Of a DNA stretch of 64,000 nucleotides, positions 8,030 to 21,765 are shown piece by piece. The stretch is taken from the NCBI RefSeq assembly GCF_056746865.1, contig NZ_CM163382.1; one strand, written 5' to 3'. The first letter of the stretch is position 1; each line of letters starts with the position of its first letter. The position numbers were made by a program, and so were the translations under genes. The notes below the pieces were generated by a model. It saw only the letters and a program-made list of their open reading frames with translations, made no database searches and was not told where the DNA came from.

Positions 8030-9412
8030 ATGTCTCCTTGTAAACTTCTGCCATTTTGTGTGGCCCTTGCGCTAACCGGTTGTTCACTGGCACCGGATTA
8101 TCAGCGCCCGGCAATGCCCGTGCCGCAGCAGTTCTCACTCAACCAGAACGGCCTGGTTAACGCAGCAGATAACTACCAGAACGCGGGCTGGCGCACCTTT
8201 TTTGTTGATAATCAGGTGAAGACGCTGATTAGCGAGGCGCTGGTGAATAACCGGGATTTGCGCATGGCGACGCTGAAAGTGCAGGAAGCGCGGGCGCAAT
8301 ATCGTCTGACCGATGCCGACCGCTACCCACAGCTCAATGGCGAGGGCAGCGGCAGCTGGAGCGGCAATCTTAAAGGCGATTCAGCCACGACGCGGGAGTT
8401 CTCGACTGGCCTTAACGCCAGCTTTGATCTCGATTTTTTCGGTCGCTTAAAGAACATGAGCGAAGCCGAGCGACAAAATTATTTAGCCACTGAGGAAGCC
8501 CAGCGCGCGGTGCATATTCTGCTGGTTTCTAATGTCGCGCAAAGCTATTTCAATCAGCAGCTGGCGTATGCGCAATTGCAAATCGCCGAAGAAACGCTGC
8601 GTAATTATCAGCAGTCATATGCGTTTGTCGAAAAACAACTGTTGACCGGTAGCAGCAATGTTCTGGCGCTGGAACAGGCTCGCGGGGTGATTGAAAGTAC
8701 CCGCAGCGACATCGCTAAACGTCAGGGGGAACTGGCGCAGGCGAATAATGCATTGCAACTGTTATTGGGAAGCTACGGCAAGCTGCCGCAAGCGCAGACA
8801 GTAAACAGCCACAGCCTGCAAAGCGTTAAATTACCGGCGGGCTTGTCGTCGCAAATTTTATTGCAGCGCCCGGATATTATGGAAGCTGAACACGCGTTAA
8901 TGGCGGCTAATGCCAATATTGGTGCTGCACGTGCAGCATTTTTCCCGTCTATCAGCCTGACCAGCGGAATATCGACCACCAGCAGCGATCTGTCGTCATT
9001 ATTTAACGCCAGCAGCGGGATGTGGAATTTTATTCCCAAAATTGAGATCCCCATTTTTAATGCCGGACGCAACCAGGCCAATCTGGATATCGCCGAAATT
9101 CGCCAGCAGCAGTCGGTGGTGAATTATGAACAGAAAATCCAGAACGCCTTTAAAGAAGTGGCAGATGCGCTGGCATTACGTCAAAGCCTGAACGATCAAA
9201 TTAGCGCCCAGCAGCGTTATCTGGCGTCGCTGCAAATTACTTTGCAACGGGCGCGGGCATTATATCAGCACGGCGCGGTAAGTTATCTGGAAGTGCTGGA
9301 TGCTGAGCGTTCTTTATTTGCAACCCGACAAACTTTACTTGACCTGAATTATGCCCGTCAGGTTAATGAAATTTCTTTATATACCGCCTTAGGCGGCGGT
9401 TGGCAGCAATAA
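8030..9412 (+). CDS. cusC: Outer-membrane efflux lipoprotein CusC
   Basis: Translation MSPCKLLPFCVALALTGCSLAPDYQRP... with a lipobox; TolC-like channel. Confidence 0.93.
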   Translation: MSPCKLLPFCVALALTGCSLAPDYQRPAMPVPQQFSLNQNGLVNAADNYQNAGWRTFFVDNQVKTLISEALVNNRDLRMATLKVQEARAQYRLTDADRYPQLNGEGSGSWSGNLKGDSATTREFSTGLNASFDLDFFGRLKNMSEAERQNYLATEEAQRAVHILLVSNVAQSYFNQQLAYAQLQIAEETLRNYQQSYAFVEKQLLTGSSNVLALEQARGVIESTRSDIAKRQGELAQANNALQLLLGSYGKLPQAQTVNSHSLQSVKLPAGLSSQILLQRPDIMEAEHALMAANANIGAARAAFFPSISLTSGISTTSSDLSSLFNASSGMWNFIPKIEIPIFNAGRNQANLDIAEIRQQQSVVNYEQKIQNAFKEVADALALRQSLNDQISAQQRYLASLQITLQRARALYQHGAVSYLEVLDAERSLFATRQTLLDLNYARQVNEISLYTALGGGWQQ

Positions 9413-9435
9413 TTTTTAACTCCAGGAGAGAATAA

Positions 9436-9768
9436 ATGAAAAAAGCACTGCAAGTCGCAATGTTCAGTCTGTTTACCGTTATTGGCTTTAATGCCCAGGC
9501 TAACGAACATCATCATGAAACCATGAGCGAGGCACAACCACAGGTCATTAGCGCCACCGGTGTGGTAAAAACCATTGATCTGGAAAGCAAAAAAATCACC
9601 ATCCACCACGATCCAATTACCGCGGTGAACTGGCCGGAGATGACCATGCGCTTTACCATCACCCCGCAGACGAAAATGAGTGAAATTAAAACCGGCGACA
9701 AAGTGGCGTTTAATTTTGTCCAGCAGGGCAACCTTTCTTTATTACAGGATATTAAAGTCAGCCAGTAA
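9436..9768 (+). CDS. cusF: Periplasmic copper chaperone CusF
   Basis: 110-aa ORF MKKALQVAMFSLFTVIGFNAQANEHHHETMSEAQPQ... Confidence 0.95.
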   Translation: MKKALQVAMFSLFTVIGFNAQANEHHHETMSEAQPQVISATGVVKTIDLESKKITIHHDPITAVNWPEMTMRFTITPQTKMSEIKTGDKVAFNFVQQGNLSLLQDIKVSQ

Positions 9769-9783
9769 CCCAGGTTTAATGAG

Positions 9784-11007
9784 ATGAAAAAAATCGCGCT
9801 TATTATCGGCAGCATGATCGCGGGCGGTATTATTTCTGCGGCAGGTTTTACCTGGTTTGCAAAGGCGGAACCGCCCGCAGAAAAAACGTCGACCGCAGAA
9901 CGTAAAATTTTATTCTGGTACGACCCGATGTATCCCAATACGCGGTTCGATAAACCAGGTAAATCGCCGTTTATGGATATGGATCTGGTGCCGAAATATG
10001 CCGATGAAGAGAGTTCTGCGTCTGGTGTGCGCATTGACCCGACTCAGACGCAGAATCTGGGGGTGAAAACGGCTACCGTCACGCGCGGGCCGCTGACTTT
10101 TGCCCAGAGTTTCCCGGCGAATGTCAGTTACAACGAGTATCAGTATGCCATTGTGCAGGCTCGCGCTGCCGGGTTTATCGACAAGGTGTATCCGCTTACC
10201 GTGGGCGATAAAGTGCAAAAGGGCACACCGCTTCTCGACCTGACCATTCCCGACTGGGTGGAAGCGCAGAGTGAGTATTTACTGCTGCGCGAAACCGGCG
10301 GTACGGCGACCCAGACTGAAGGCATTCTTGAGCGGCTGCGACTGGCGGGAATGCCGGAGGCGGATATTCGCCGCCTGATCGCCACGCAAAAAATCCAGAC
10401 TCGCTTTACGCTCAAAGCGCCCATTGATGGCGTGATCACCGCGTTTGATCTGCGCGCGGGAATGAATATCGCCAAAGATAATGTGGTAGCGAAAATTCAG
10501 GGTATGGACCCGGTGTGGATCACTGCCGCGATCCCGGAGTCCATCGCCTGGCTGGTGAAAGATGCCTCGCAGTTTACGCTCACCGTTCCGGCGCGACCTG
10601 ATAAAACACTCACCATTCGCAAATGGACCCTGCTACCCGGCGTGGATGCCGCGACCCGCACGCTGCAGCTGCGTCTGGAAGTCGACAACGCCGACGAGGC
10701 GCTAAAACCGGGAATGAACGCCTGGTTGCAACTCAACACCGCCAGCGAACCGATGCTGCTCATTCCGTCACAGGCGCTGATTGATACCGGCAACGAACAG
10801 CGGGTGATTACCGTTGATGCCGACGGACGCTTTGTACCGAAACGCGTTGCCGTTTTCCAGGCATCGCAAGGCGTCACCGCGTTACGCTCTGGTCTGGCGG
10901 AAGGTGAAAAGGTGGTTTCCAGCGGCCTGTTCCTGATTGATTCCGAAGCCAATATTTCTGGCGCACTGGAGCGGATGCGCTCTGAAAGTGCTACCCATGC
11001 GCATTGA
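9784..11007 (+). CDS. cusB: Membrane fusion protein CusB
   Basis: 407-aa ORF matches CusB. Confidence 0.95.
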   Translation: MKKIALIIGSMIAGGIISAAGFTWFAKAEPPAEKTSTAERKILFWYDPMYPNTRFDKPGKSPFMDMDLVPKYADEESSASGVRIDPTQTQNLGVKTATVTRGPLTFAQSFPANVSYNEYQYAIVQARAAGFIDKVYPLTVGDKVQKGTPLLDLTIPDWVEAQSEYLLLRETGGTATQTEGILERLRLAGMPEADIRRLIATQKIQTRFTLKAPIDGVITAFDLRAGMNIAKDNVVAKIQGMDPVWITAAIPESIAWLVKDASQFTLTVPARPDKTLTIRKWTLLPGVDAATRTLQLRLEVDNADEALKPGMNAWLQLNTASEPMLLIPSQALIDTGNEQRVITVDADGRFVPKRVAVFQASQGVTALRSGLAEGEKVVSSGLFLIDSEANISGALERMRSESATHAH

Positions 11008-11018
11008 GGGAATAGCCA

Positions 11019-14000
11019 ATGATTGAATGGATTATTCGTCGCTCGGTGGCGAACCGTTTTCTGGTGCTGATGGGCGCGTTGTGTCTGAGTATCTGGGGCA
11101 CCTGGACCATCATTAACACGCCAGTGGATGCACTGCCGGATCTCTCTGATGTACAGGTGATTATTAAAACCAGCTATCCCGGTCAGGCACCGCAAATCGT
11201 TGAAAATCAGGTGACTTATCCGCTAACCACCACTATGTTGTCGGTGCCTGGCGCGAAGACTGTGCGCGGTTTCTCGCAGTTTGGCGACTCTTATGTGTAT
11301 GTCATTTTCGAAGATGGCACCGATCCATACTGGGCGCGCTCGCGGGTGCTGGAGTACCTCAACCAGGTACAGGGTAAGCTGCCTGCGGGAGTCAGCGCCG
11401 AGCTGGGGCCAGATGCCACGGGTGTTGGCTGGATCTATGAATATGCACTGGTGGATCGCAGCGGTAAGCACGATCTTGCCGATTTACGCTCATTGCAGGA
11501 CTGGTTTCTCAAATATGAGCTGAAAACCATTCCTGACGTTGCGGAAGTGGCGTCGGTAGGCGGTGTGGTGAAAGAGTATCAGGTGGTTATCGATCCTCAG
11601 CGCCTGGCGCAATATGGCATCAGTCTCGCCGAAGTAAAAAGCGCGCTGGATGCTTCAAACCAGGAAGCGGGCGGTTCGTCGATCGAACTGGCGGAAGCGG
11701 AATATATGGTGCGCGCCAGCGGCTATCTGCAAACGCTCGACGACTTTAATCACATCGTTTTAAAAGCCAGTGAAAATGGCGTGCCCGTTTATCTGCGCGA
11801 TGTTGCGAAGGTCCAGATTGGCCCGGAGATGCGCCGGGGCATTGCCGAACTGAGCGGCGAAGGCGAAGTGGCGGGCGGGGTGGTGATCCTGCGCTCCGGC
11901 AAAAACGCCCGAGAAGTGATCGCCGCCGTGAAAGACAAACTGGAAACGCTGAAAAGTAGTCTGCCGGAAGGCGTGGAGATAGTTACAACATACGATCGCA
12001 GCCAGCTCATTGACCGCGCCATCGACAACCTCAGCGGCAAGTTGCTGGAAGAGTTTATTGTGGTGGCGGTAGTCTGTGCGCTGTTTCTCTGGCATGTGCG
12101 CTCGGCGCTGGTGGCGATTATTTCGTTGCCGCTGGGGTTGTGTATTGCTTTTATTGTCATGCACTTTCAGGGACTGAACGCCAATATTATGTCGCTGGGC
12201 GGCATTGCGATTGCCGTCGGGGCGATGGTCGATGCCGCTATCGTCATGATCGAGAATGCGCATAAACGGCTGGAAGAGTGGCAGCACCAGCATCCTGACG
12301 CCACGCTGGATAATAAAACGCGCTGGCAGGTGATCACCGATGCGTCTGTTGAAGTGGGTCCGGCGTTGTTTATCAGTCTGCTGATTATCACGTTGTCGTT
12401 TATCCCGATCTTCACCCTGGAAGGGCAGGAAGGGCGTCTGTTTGGCCCGCTGGCGTTCACCAAAACGTATGCGATGGCGGGTGCGGCGCTGCTGGCGATC
12501 ATAGTGATCCCTATCCTGATGGGTTACTGGATCCGTGGCAAAATTCCGCCAGAAAGCAGTAACCCGCTCAATCGCTTTTTGATTCGTGCTTATCATCCGC
12601 TGTTGCTGAAAGTACTGCACTGGCCAAAAACCACGCTGCTGGTGGCAGCGCTTTCGGTGCTGACGGTTCTCTGGCCGCTCAATAAAGTTGGCGGGGAATT
12701 TTTACCGCAGATCAATGAAGGCGACTTGTTGTATATGCCATCGACGCTGCCGGGGATTTCCGCAGCAGAGGCGGCGAGTATGCTGCAAAAAACCGACAAG
12801 CTGATTATGAGCGTACCTGAAGTGGCGCGGGTATTTGGCAAAACCGGGAAAGCGGAAACCGCCACCGATTCTGCTCCGCTGGAGATGGTAGAAACGACCA
12901 TCCAGCTTAAGCCACAAGATCAGTGGCGGCCAGGCATGACGATGGACAAAATCATTGAAGAACTGGATAACACCGTGCGTCTGCCGGGGCTGGCGAATCT
13001 GTGGGTGCCGCCAATTCGTAACCGTATCGATATGCTCTCAACCGGCATTAAAAGCCCTATCGGCATTAAAGTTTCCGGCACTGTGCTGGCGGATATCGAC
13101 GCGATGGCGGAGCAAATTGAAGAAGTGGCGCGAACGGTGCCAGGCGTAGCTTCTGCGCTTGCCGAGCGTCTGGAAGGTGGGCGCTATATTAACGTTGAGA
13201 TTAACCGTGAAAAAGCCGCGCGTTACGGTATGACGGTGGCGGATGTGCAATTGTTTGTGACATCTGCGGTGGGCGGGGCGATGGTTGGCGAAACGGTGGA
13301 AGGGATTGCCCGTTATCCAATTAATCTGCGTTATCCGCAAAGCTGGCGCGATAGTCCGCAGGCGCTGCGCCAGTTGCCGATTCTGACGCCGATGAAGCAG
13401 CAAATCACCCTGGCAGACGTGGCTGACGTTAAAGTCTCTACCGGACCGTCGATGCTGAAAACCGAGAATGCGCGCCCGACGAGCTGGATTTATATCGATG
13501 CCCGCGATCGTGACATGGTGTCGGTGGTTCACGATCTGCAAAAAGCGATAGCTGAAAAAGTGCAGTTAAAACCGGGCACCAGCGTGGCATTCTCCGGGCA
13601 GTTCGAGCTACTGGAGCGCGCCAACCATAAGCTGAAACTGATGGTGCCGATGACGTTGATGATCATCTTCGTGCTGTTGTATCTGGCGTTCCGTCGGGTG
13701 GGCGAAGCGTTGCTGATTATCAGCAGCGTACCGTTTGCGCTGGTGGGCGGCATCTGGTTGCTGTGGTGGATGGGCTTTCATCTTTCCGTGGCGACGGGCA
13801 CCGGTTTTATTGCCCTTGCCGGGGTTGCCGCCGAATTTGGCGTGGTGATGCTGATGTATTTACGTCATGCCATAGAGGCCGAGCCGTCGTTGAATAATCC
13901 GCAAACATTCAGCGAGCAGAAGCTGGATGAGGCGTTGTATCACGGCGCTGTCCTGCGCGTGCGCCCGAAAGCGATGACGGTGGCGGTGATTATCGCTGGT

Positions 14001-14162
14001 CTGCTGCCGATTCTGTGGGGAACGGGAGCAGGTTCAGAGGTGATGAGCCGGATTGCCGCGCCGATGATTGGCGGCATGATCACCGCGCCTTTGCTATCGC
14101 TGTTTATTATCCCGGCGGCGTATAAGCTGATGTGGCTGCACCGACATCGGGTACGGAAATAA
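11019..14162 (+). CDS. cusA: RND copper/silver efflux pump CusA
   Basis: 1047-aa [30 protein letters not shown]...; heavy-metal-efflux RND family. Confidence 0.97.
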   Translation: MIEWIIRRSVANRFLVLMGALCLSIWGTWTIINTPVDALPDLSDVQVIIKTSYPGQAPQIVENQVTYPLTTTMLSVPGAKTVRGFSQFGDSYVYVIFEDGTDPYWARSRVLEYLNQVQGKLPAGVSAELGPDATGVGWIYEYALVDRSGKHDLADLRSLQDWFLKYELKTIPDVAEVASVGGVVKEYQVVIDPQRLAQYGISLAEVKSALDASNQEAGGSSIELAEAEYMVRASGYLQTLDDFNHIVLKASENGVPVYLRDVAKVQIGPEMRRGIAELSGEGEVAGGVVILRSGKNAREVIAAVKDKLETLKSSLPEGVEIVTTYDRSQLIDRAIDNLSGKLLEEFIVVAVVCALFLWHVRSALVAIISLPLGLCIAFIVMHFQGLNANIMSLGGIAIAVGAMVDAAIVMIENAHKRLEEWQHQHPDATLDNKTRWQVITDASVEVGPALFISLLIITLSFIPIFTLEGQEGRLFGPLAFTKTYAMAGAALLAIIVIPILMGYWIRGKIPPESSNPLNRFLIRAYHPLLLKVLHWPKTTLLVAALSVLTVLWPLNKVGGEFLPQINEGDLLYMPSTLPGISAAEAASMLQKTDKLIMSVPEVARVFGKTGKAETATDSAPLEMVETTIQLKPQDQWRPGMTMDKIIEELDNTVRLPGLANLWVPPIRNRIDMLSTGIKSPIGIKVSGTVLADIDAMAEQIEEVARTVPGVASALAERLEGGRYINVEINREKAARYGMTVADVQLFVTSAVGGAMVGETVEGIARYPINLRYPQSWRDSPQALRQLPILTPMKQQITLADVADVKVSTGPSMLKTENARPTSWIYIDARDRDMVSVVHDLQKAIAEKVQLKPGTSVAFSGQFELLERANHKLKLMVPMTLMIIFVLLYLAFRRVGEALLIISSVPFALVGGIWLLWWMGFHLSVATGTGFIALAGVAAEFGVVMLMYLRHAIEAEPSLNNPQTFSEQKLDEALYHGAVLRVRPKAMTVAVIIAGLLPILWGTGAGSEVMSRIAAPMIGGMITAPLLSLFIIPAAYKLMWLHRHRVRK

Positions 14163-14263
14163 AAGCAGGATACCCGGTTTAACCGTGTGGATTGTGTCTT
14201 GCGACGATGGGCACTAAATGTTAAAAGGTGCCCCTCAACAAAAAAGACACACAGGGGAAAGGC

Positions 14264-15640
14264 GTGAAAAACGCGTCAACCGTATCGGAAGATACTGCGT
14301 CGAATCAAGAGCCGACGCTTCATCGCGGATTACATAACCGTCATATTCAACTGATTGCGCTGGGTGGCGCAATTGGTACTGGTCTGTTTCTAGGCATTGG
14401 CCCGGCGATTCAGATGGCGGGTCCGGCTGTATTGCTGGGCTACGGCGTCGCCGGGATCATCGCTTTCCTGATTATGCGCCAGCTTGGCGAAATGGTGGTT
14501 GAGGAGCCGGTATCCGGTTCATTTGCCCACTTTGCCTATAAATACTGGGGACCGTTTGCGGGCTTCCTCTCTGGCTGGAACTACTGGGTAATGTTCGTGC
14601 TGGTGGGAATGGCAGAGCTGACCGCTGCGGGCATCTATATGCAGTACTGGTTCCCGGATGTTCCAACGTGGATTTGGGCTGCCGCCTTCTTTATTATCAT
14701 CAACGCCGTTAACCTGGTGAACGTGCGCTTATATGGCGAAACCGAGTTCTGGTTTGCGCTGATTAAAGTGCTGGCAATCATCGGTATGATCGGCTTTGGC
14801 CTGTGGCTGCTGTTTTCTGGTCACGGCGGCGAGAAAGCCAGTATCGACAACCTCTGGCGCTACGGTGGTTTCTTTGCCACCGGCTGGAATGGGCTGATTT
14901 TGTCGCTGGCGGTGATTATGTTCTCCTTCGGCGGTCTGGAGCTGATTGGGATTACTGCCGCTGAAGCGCGCGATCCGGAAAAAAGCATTCCGAAAGCGGT
15001 AAATCAGGTAGTGTATCGCATCCTGCTGTTTTATATCGGTTCACTGGTAGTTTTACTGGCACTCTATCCGTGGGTGGAAGTGAAATCCAACAGTAGCCCG
15101 TTTGTGATGATTTTCCATAATCTCGACAGCAACGTGGTAGCTTCTGCGCTGAACTTCGTCATTCTGGTAGCATCGCTGTCAGTGTATAACAGCGGGGTTT
15201 ACTCTAACAGCCGCATGCTGTTTGGCCTTTCTGTGCAGGGTAATGCGCCGAAGTTTTTGACTCGCGTCAGCCGTCGCGGCGTGCCGATTAACTCGCTGAT
15301 GCTTTCCGGAGCGATCACTTCGCTGGTGGTGTTAATCAACTATCTGCTGCCGCAAAAAGCGTTTGGTCTGCTGATGGCGCTGGTGGTAGCAACGCTGCTG
15401 TTGAACTGGATTATGATCTGCCTGGCGCATCTGCGTTTTCGCGCGGCGATGCGACGTCAGGGACGTGAAACACAGTTTAAGGCGCTGCTTTATCCGTTCG
15501 GCAACTATCTTTGTATTGCCTTCCTCGGCATGATTTTGCTGCTGATGTGCACGATGGATGATATGCGCTTGTCAGCGATCCTGCTGCCGGTGTGGATTGT
15601 ATTCCTGTTTGTGGCATTTAAAACGCTGCGTCGGAAATAA
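14264..15640 (+). CDS. pheP: Phenylalanine-specific permease PheP
   Basis: Translation from the GTG start (VKNASTVSEDTASNQEPTLHRGLHNRHIQLIALGGAIGTGLF...) matches PheP; amino-acid permease family. Confidence 0.93.
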   Translation: MKNASTVSEDTASNQEPTLHRGLHNRHIQLIALGGAIGTGLFLGIGPAIQMAGPAVLLGYGVAGIIAFLIMRQLGEMVVEEPVSGSFAHFAYKYWGPFAGFLSGWNYWVMFVLVGMAELTAAGIYMQYWFPDVPTWIWAAAFFIIINAVNLVNVRLYGETEFWFALIKVLAIIGMIGFGLWLLFSGHGGEKASIDNLWRYGGFFATGWNGLILSLAVIMFSFGGLELIGITAAEARDPEKSIPKAVNQVVYRILLFYIGSLVVLLALYPWVEVKSNSSPFVMIFHNLDSNVVASALNFVILVASLSVYNSGVYSNSRMLFGLSVQGNAPKFLTRVSRRGVPINSLMLSGAITSLVVLINYLLPQKAFGLLMALVVATLLLNWIMICLAHLRFRAAMRRQGRETQFKALLYPFGNYLCIAFLGMILLLMCTMDDMRLSAILLPVWIVFLFVAFKTLRRK

Positions 15641-15671
15641 GGCATTCACGCTACATCCGACAAAACGATGT

Positions 15672-15705
15672 CCGCTCTCATCCATTCGATGAGAGCGGTT
15701 TTTTT
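15672..15705. terminator. Rho-independent terminator between convergent pheP and ybdG
   Basis: Hairpin ccgctctcatc/gatgagagcgg followed by a T run (ggttttttt). Confidence 0.75.
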
Positions 15706-15707
15706 AA

Positions 15708-17003
<1,296 letters not shown>

Positions 17004-17062
17004 TTATGCAAATCAGGAGAATCTGAGGGGAAATAGCCGGGCAGATGCCCGGCAAGAGAGAA

Positions 17063-17716
17063 TTACACTTCGGTTAAGGTGATGTTTTGCGGCAGACGAG
17101 ATTTCGGCAGCGTAGCGTTAAAATCTTCAACGCTGTGATGACCCACCGGAACAACTACCAGACTGGTGTAGCCTTTCTCTTTCAGACCAAATTCTGCATC
17201 GAGGATTGCGGCGTCAAAACCTTCGATGGGTACCGCGTCCAGACCCAGCGCCGCCACGCCGAGCAGGAAGTTGCCGACGTTGAGATAAACCTGTTTTGCC
17301 ATCCACTCTGCATCATCATGCAGATCTTTACGGTGCATATCGGCGAAGAACTTGCGACCTTTATCGTTCGCGGCTTTCGCTTCCGGCGTGGCAAAGCGGC
17401 CATCGGCATCTTCCTGGTCAACAACCAGCTTCAGCCAGGCATCGTCCATCGCGGTTTTTGCACAGAACACCACAACGTGCGAGGCATCAAGCATTTTACG
17501 CTCGTTGAACACGTAATTACCGGCAGCGGATTTGGCAACACGCGCTTTACCTTCTTCCGTGCTGGCAACAATAAAATGCCACGGCTGGGAGTTGGTGCTG
17601 GATGGGCTGTATTGCAGGAGAGTTTTGATCTGCTCGGCCTGTTCCGGGGTTAGTTTTTTGCTGGCATCAAATGCCTTAGTGGAATGACGCTTTAAGGCGA
17701 CAGAAATGATATCCAT
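17063..17716 (-). CDS. nfsB: Oxygen-insensitive NAD(P)H nitroreductase NfsB
   Basis: 217-aa [53 protein letters not shown]... matches NfsB. Confidence 0.97.
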   Translation of the reverse strand: MDIISVALKRHSTKAFDASKKLTPEQAEQIKTLLQYSPSSTNSQPWHFIVASTEEGKARVAKSAAGNYVFNERKMLDASHVVVFCAKTAMDDAWLKLVVDQEDADGRFATPEAKAANDKGRKFFADMHRKDLHDDAEWMAKQVYLNVGNFLLGVAALGLDAVPIEGFDAAILDAEFGLKEKGYTSLVVVPVGHHSVEDFNATLPKSRLPQNITLTEV

Positions 17717-17794
17717 AAAGACTCCATGTGAAAGTAATTTTGCGTGCCAGCAGATTACAAGGATCGAGATGAAATGGTAAGCGAGAAAAATGCG

Positions 17795-18178
17795 CTATTG
17801 ATTTACGGTTGAGTAAGGACGCAGTCGTTTTTGATCGCGTTTAGCCAGACCATCAACCACCAGATTCCACGAATCGTTGATCAGATCGCGAAGTAACGCT
17901 TCGGAGATTTCCTCGCCGGGATACACCGAAATCCAGTGCTTTTTATTCATGTGATACCCTGGCTTGATGCTTGGGTATATTTGCTGATTTAGCAGGGATT
18001 TTTGTGGATCGGACTTCAGATTGATAAAGGGGACGCCGCGCAGCTCCGACGACAGCATAAAAATCTTGCCGCCAATTTTAAAAACATCGAACTCCGGGCC
18101 AAAAGGCCAGCAAAGCTCGACAAAGGGTAACTCAAGGGCCAGGCGTTTCGTCGTTTCGTGCGGTGATTGCTTATCCAT
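17795..18178 (-). CDS. ybdF: YbdF (DUF419-family protein)
   Basis: Translation from the internal Met ([44 protein letters not shown]...) matches YbdF; the longer upstream ORF extension overlaps ybdJ and is discounted. Confidence 0.85.
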   Translation of the reverse strand: MDKQSPHETTKRLALELPFVELCWPFGPEFDVFKIGGKIFMLSSELRGVPFINLKSDPQKSLLNQQIYPSIKPGYHMNKKHWISVYPGEEISEALLRDLINDSWNLVVDGLAKRDQKRLRPYSTVNQ

Positions 18179-18242
18179 AAACGTTCCTTTAGGCGAAGGA
18201 GAATAAGCAAAGTATGCCGCGAAGTTCGGCGATAATCGACGT

Positions 18243-18491
18243 TTAATCCGCCAGCGAGAACCAGCGTCGCCAGATAAAGCGCAGAACAAAATACTCAATA
18301 GCGCCCAGCACTAAAAACCACAGACAAAACAATAAAGTGTAAAGCTGGCTAAGATCCATCAGATGGAACGTGGTCACCAGTTTTTGTGCCAGCGTCAGCC
18401 CCAATGCGGGGGCGGGAAGCAGCAGGCAAGAGAGGAAAGCCATCAGCAAAATGCCTGCTGCGGTGGTCAAGGTTTCTAAAGGGTGTTTCAT
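18243..18491 (-). CDS. ybdJ: Small membrane protein YbdJ
   Basis: 82-aa [85 protein letters not shown]. Confidence 0.9.
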   Translation of the reverse strand: MKHPLETLTTAAGILLMAFLSCLLLPAPALGLTLAQKLVTTFHLMDLSQLYTLLFCLWFLVLGAIEYFVLRFIWRRWFSLAD

Positions 18492-18556
18492 AACATTGTT
18501 AAATGTAAGTTAAAACACCATTGTCAGGGATATTCTTCTGTAAGGCAATTCCCGAC

Positions 18557-19684
<1,128 letters not shown>

Positions 19685-20019
19685 TTATGTTGGCGTTTTC
19701 TATTCAGTATAGAAGTCGGAGCGGCTGGGCGAGATGCGGAAGTTCTGGAATGCTTCTTTTTTTTGGTGATGGTGAACTGATTGTGACTGAAGAAGTTTGG
19801 CTACTTTTGCAATGTGACAAGTTATGGCAGAGCTGGCTGGTGGCGAAGAATTTTGACGATTGAGGCATGCAGAAAAATACGGGTTCAGCTTCAGTTGATC
19901 AAATGAGGAGTGAGAAGTCCGAAACAGGACTCACTGTATAAATAAACAGCTATTTTGCTGAAGAAGGGTAAGATAACGGCGGGTGCCTGAAGCTTTCCGG
20001 TTTCAGGTTTACTCTGAGG

Positions 20020-20085
20020 TCTGGAAAGATGAAGCCCCAGGACGATATTTCTATCAACCCTGGGGCTGCCACTCCAAACCCAAAC
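20020..20085 (-). ncRNA. sokE: Putative SokE antisense RNA region
   Basis: Placed by analogy with hok/sok loci, where Sok is antisense to the mok translation-initiation region; no promoter or terminator was resolved, so boundaries are approximate. Confidence 0.3.
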
Positions 20086-20217
20086 AATTTGGATGGTAGT
20101 CCCTTCTTCGCATGGAGGCAATATAAACATGCTGACGAAATATGCCCTTGTGGCTGTCATAGTGCTGTGTTTAACGGTGCTGGGATTTACGCTTCTGGTC
20201 GGAGACTCGCTGTGTGA
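20029..20217 (+). CDS. mokE: MokE, overlapping reading frame needed for hok translation
   Basis: 62-aa ORF starting ATGAAGCCCCAGG upstream of hokE and overlapping it in another frame, as is typical for mok. Confidence 0.55.
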   Translation: MKPQDDISINPGAATPNPNNLDGSPFFAWRQYKHADEICPCGCHSAVFNGAGIYASGRRLAV

Positions 20218-20281
20218 GTTTACGGTGAAGGAACGTAATATTGAGTTTAAGGCTGTTCTCGCTTACGAACCGAAGAAGTAG
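20129..20281 (+). CDS. hokE: Hok-family toxin HokE (50 aa), copy 1
   Basis: [50 protein letters not shown], Hok/Gef family. Confidence 0.9.
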   Translation: MLTKYALVAVIVLCLTVLGFTLLVGDSLCEFTVKERNIEFKAVLAYEPKK

Positions 20282-20302
20282 CCGTTGTGCGGGGAGTAAT
20301 CC

Positions 20303-21641
20303 CATAAGCGCTAACTTAAGGGTTGTGGTATTACGCCTGATATGATTTAACGTGCCGATGAATTACTCTCACGATAACTGGTCAGCAATTCTGGCCCATA
20401 TTGGTAAGCCCGAAGAACTGGATACTTCGGCACGTAATGCCGGGGCTCTAACCCGCCGCCGCGAAATTCGTGATGCTGCAACTCTGCTACGTCTGGGGCT
20501 GGCTTACGGCCCCGGGGGGATGTCATTACGTGAAGTCACTGCATGGGCTCAGCTCCATGACGTTGCAACATTATCTGACGTGGCTCTCCTGAAGCGGCTG
20601 CGGAATGCCGCCGACTGGTTTGGCATACTTGCCGCACAAACACTTGCTGTACGCGCCGCAGTTACGGGTTGTACAAGCGGAAAGAGATTGCGTCTTGTCG
20701 ATGGAACAGCAATCAGTGCGCCCGGGGGCGGCAGCGCTGAATGGCGACTACATATGGGATATGATCCTCATACCTGTCAGTTCACTGATTTTGAGCTAAC
20801 CGACAGCAGAGACGCTGAACGGCTGGACCGATTTGCGCAAACGGCAGACGAGATACGCATTGCTGACCGGGGATTCGGTTCGCGTCCCGAATGTATCCGC
20901 TCACTTGCTTTTGGAGAAGCTGATTATATCGTCCGGGTTCACTGGCGAGGATTGCGCTGGTTAACTGCAGAAGGAATGCGCTTTGACATGATGGGTTTTC
21001 TGCGCGGGCTGGATTGCGGTAAGAACGGTGAAACCACTGTAATGATAGGCAATTCAGGTAATAAAAAAGCCGGAGCTCCTTTTCCGGCACGTCTCATTGC
21101 CGTATCACTTCCTCCCGAAAAAGCATTAATCAGTAAAACCCGACTGCTCAGCGAGAATCGTCGAAAAGGACGAGTAGTTCAGGCGGAAACGCTGGAAGCA
21201 GCGGGCCATGTGCTATTGCTAACATCATTACCGGAAGATGAATATTCAGCAGAGCAAGTGGCTGATTGTTACCGTCTGCGATGGCAAATTGAACTGGCTT
21301 TTAAGCGGCTCAAAAGTTTGCTGCACCTGGATGCTTTGCGTGCAAAGGAACCTGAACTCGCGAAAGCGTGGATATTTGCTAATCTACTCGCCGCATTTTT
21401 AATTGACGACATAATCCAGCCATCGCTGGATTTCCCCCCCAGAAGTGCCGGATCCGAAAAGAAGAACTAACTCGTTGTGGAGAATAACAAAAATGGTCAT
21501 CTGGAGCTTACAGGTGGCCATTCGTGGGACAGTATCCCTGACAGCCTACAAAACGCAATTGAAGAACGCGAGGCATCGTCTTAACGAGGCACCGAGGCGT
21601 CGCATTCTTCAGATGGTTCAACCCTTAAGTTAGCGCTTATG
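20303..21641 (+). mobile_element. IS186 insertion sequence with a 10-bp target site duplication (ggagtaatcc)
   Basis: Terminal inverted repeats cataagcgctaacttaagggttg (20303-) and caacccttaagttagcgcttatg (-21641); flanked by ggagtaatcc at 20293-20302 and 21642-21651; target is the GC-rich palindrome gcggggagtaatccccgc. Confidence 0.9.
20352..21470 (+). CDS. insL: IS186 (IS4-family) transposase
   Basis: 372-aa ORF MPMNYSHDNWSAILAHIGKPEELDTSARNAGALTRRREIRDAATLLRLGLAYGPGGMSLREV... Confidence 0.93.
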   Translation: MPMNYSHDNWSAILAHIGKPEELDTSARNAGALTRRREIRDAATLLRLGLAYGPGGMSLREVTAWAQLHDVATLSDVALLKRLRNAADWFGILAAQTLAVRAAVTGCTSGKRLRLVDGTAISAPGGGSAEWRLHMGYDPHTCQFTDFELTDSRDAERLDRFAQTADEIRIADRGFGSRPECIRSLAFGEADYIVRVHWRGLRWLTAEGMRFDMMGFLRGLDCGKNGETTVMIGNSGNKKAGAPFPARLIAVSLPPEKALISKTRLLSENRRKGRVVQAETLEAAGHVLLLTSLPEDEYSAEQVADCYRLRWQIELAFKRLKSLLHLDALRAKEPELAKAWIFANLLAAFLIDDIIQPSLDFPPRSAGSEKKN

Positions 21642-21765
21642 GGAGTAATCCCCGCATATCCGGTTGTCAGGTCAGGGTGGTAAGGCACCTGCTTTACACT
21701 TTCGCCCGCGGTCAGCAATGGCTGCGGGCGATTTCGTTTTACGAACAATAACGAGCGTTGCCAAC

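Larger units (their letters stand above)
19913..20302. repeat. hokE locus repeat unit, copy 1 (left portion; the unit is interrupted by IS186 and continues at 21642..21765)
   Basis: About 98 percent identical to 21766..22150; the sequence right of IS186 (21642..21765) matches the tail of unit 2. Confidence 0.85.

Noticed and set aside
11760-12620. Long minus-strand ORFs (286 aa, 123 aa, 111 aa) inside cusA
   Set aside because: They lie entirely antisense within a well-supported 1047-aa cusA reading frame. Long open frames on the opposite strand are expected in GC-rich coding sequence, and the translations are low-complexity and Arg/Gln-rich with no recognisable domains.
17031-17055. Hairpin gccgggcagatgcccggc between ybdG and nfsB as a terminator
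   Set aside because: The stem is clear but there is no U run on either strand, so I did not call it a rho-independent terminator. It may be a REP-like element or a protein-binding site.
17795-18298. Extended 167-aa form of ybdF
   Set aside because: The extension overlaps the independently supported ybdJ gene on the same strand; the internal Met (MDKQSP...) matches YbdF.
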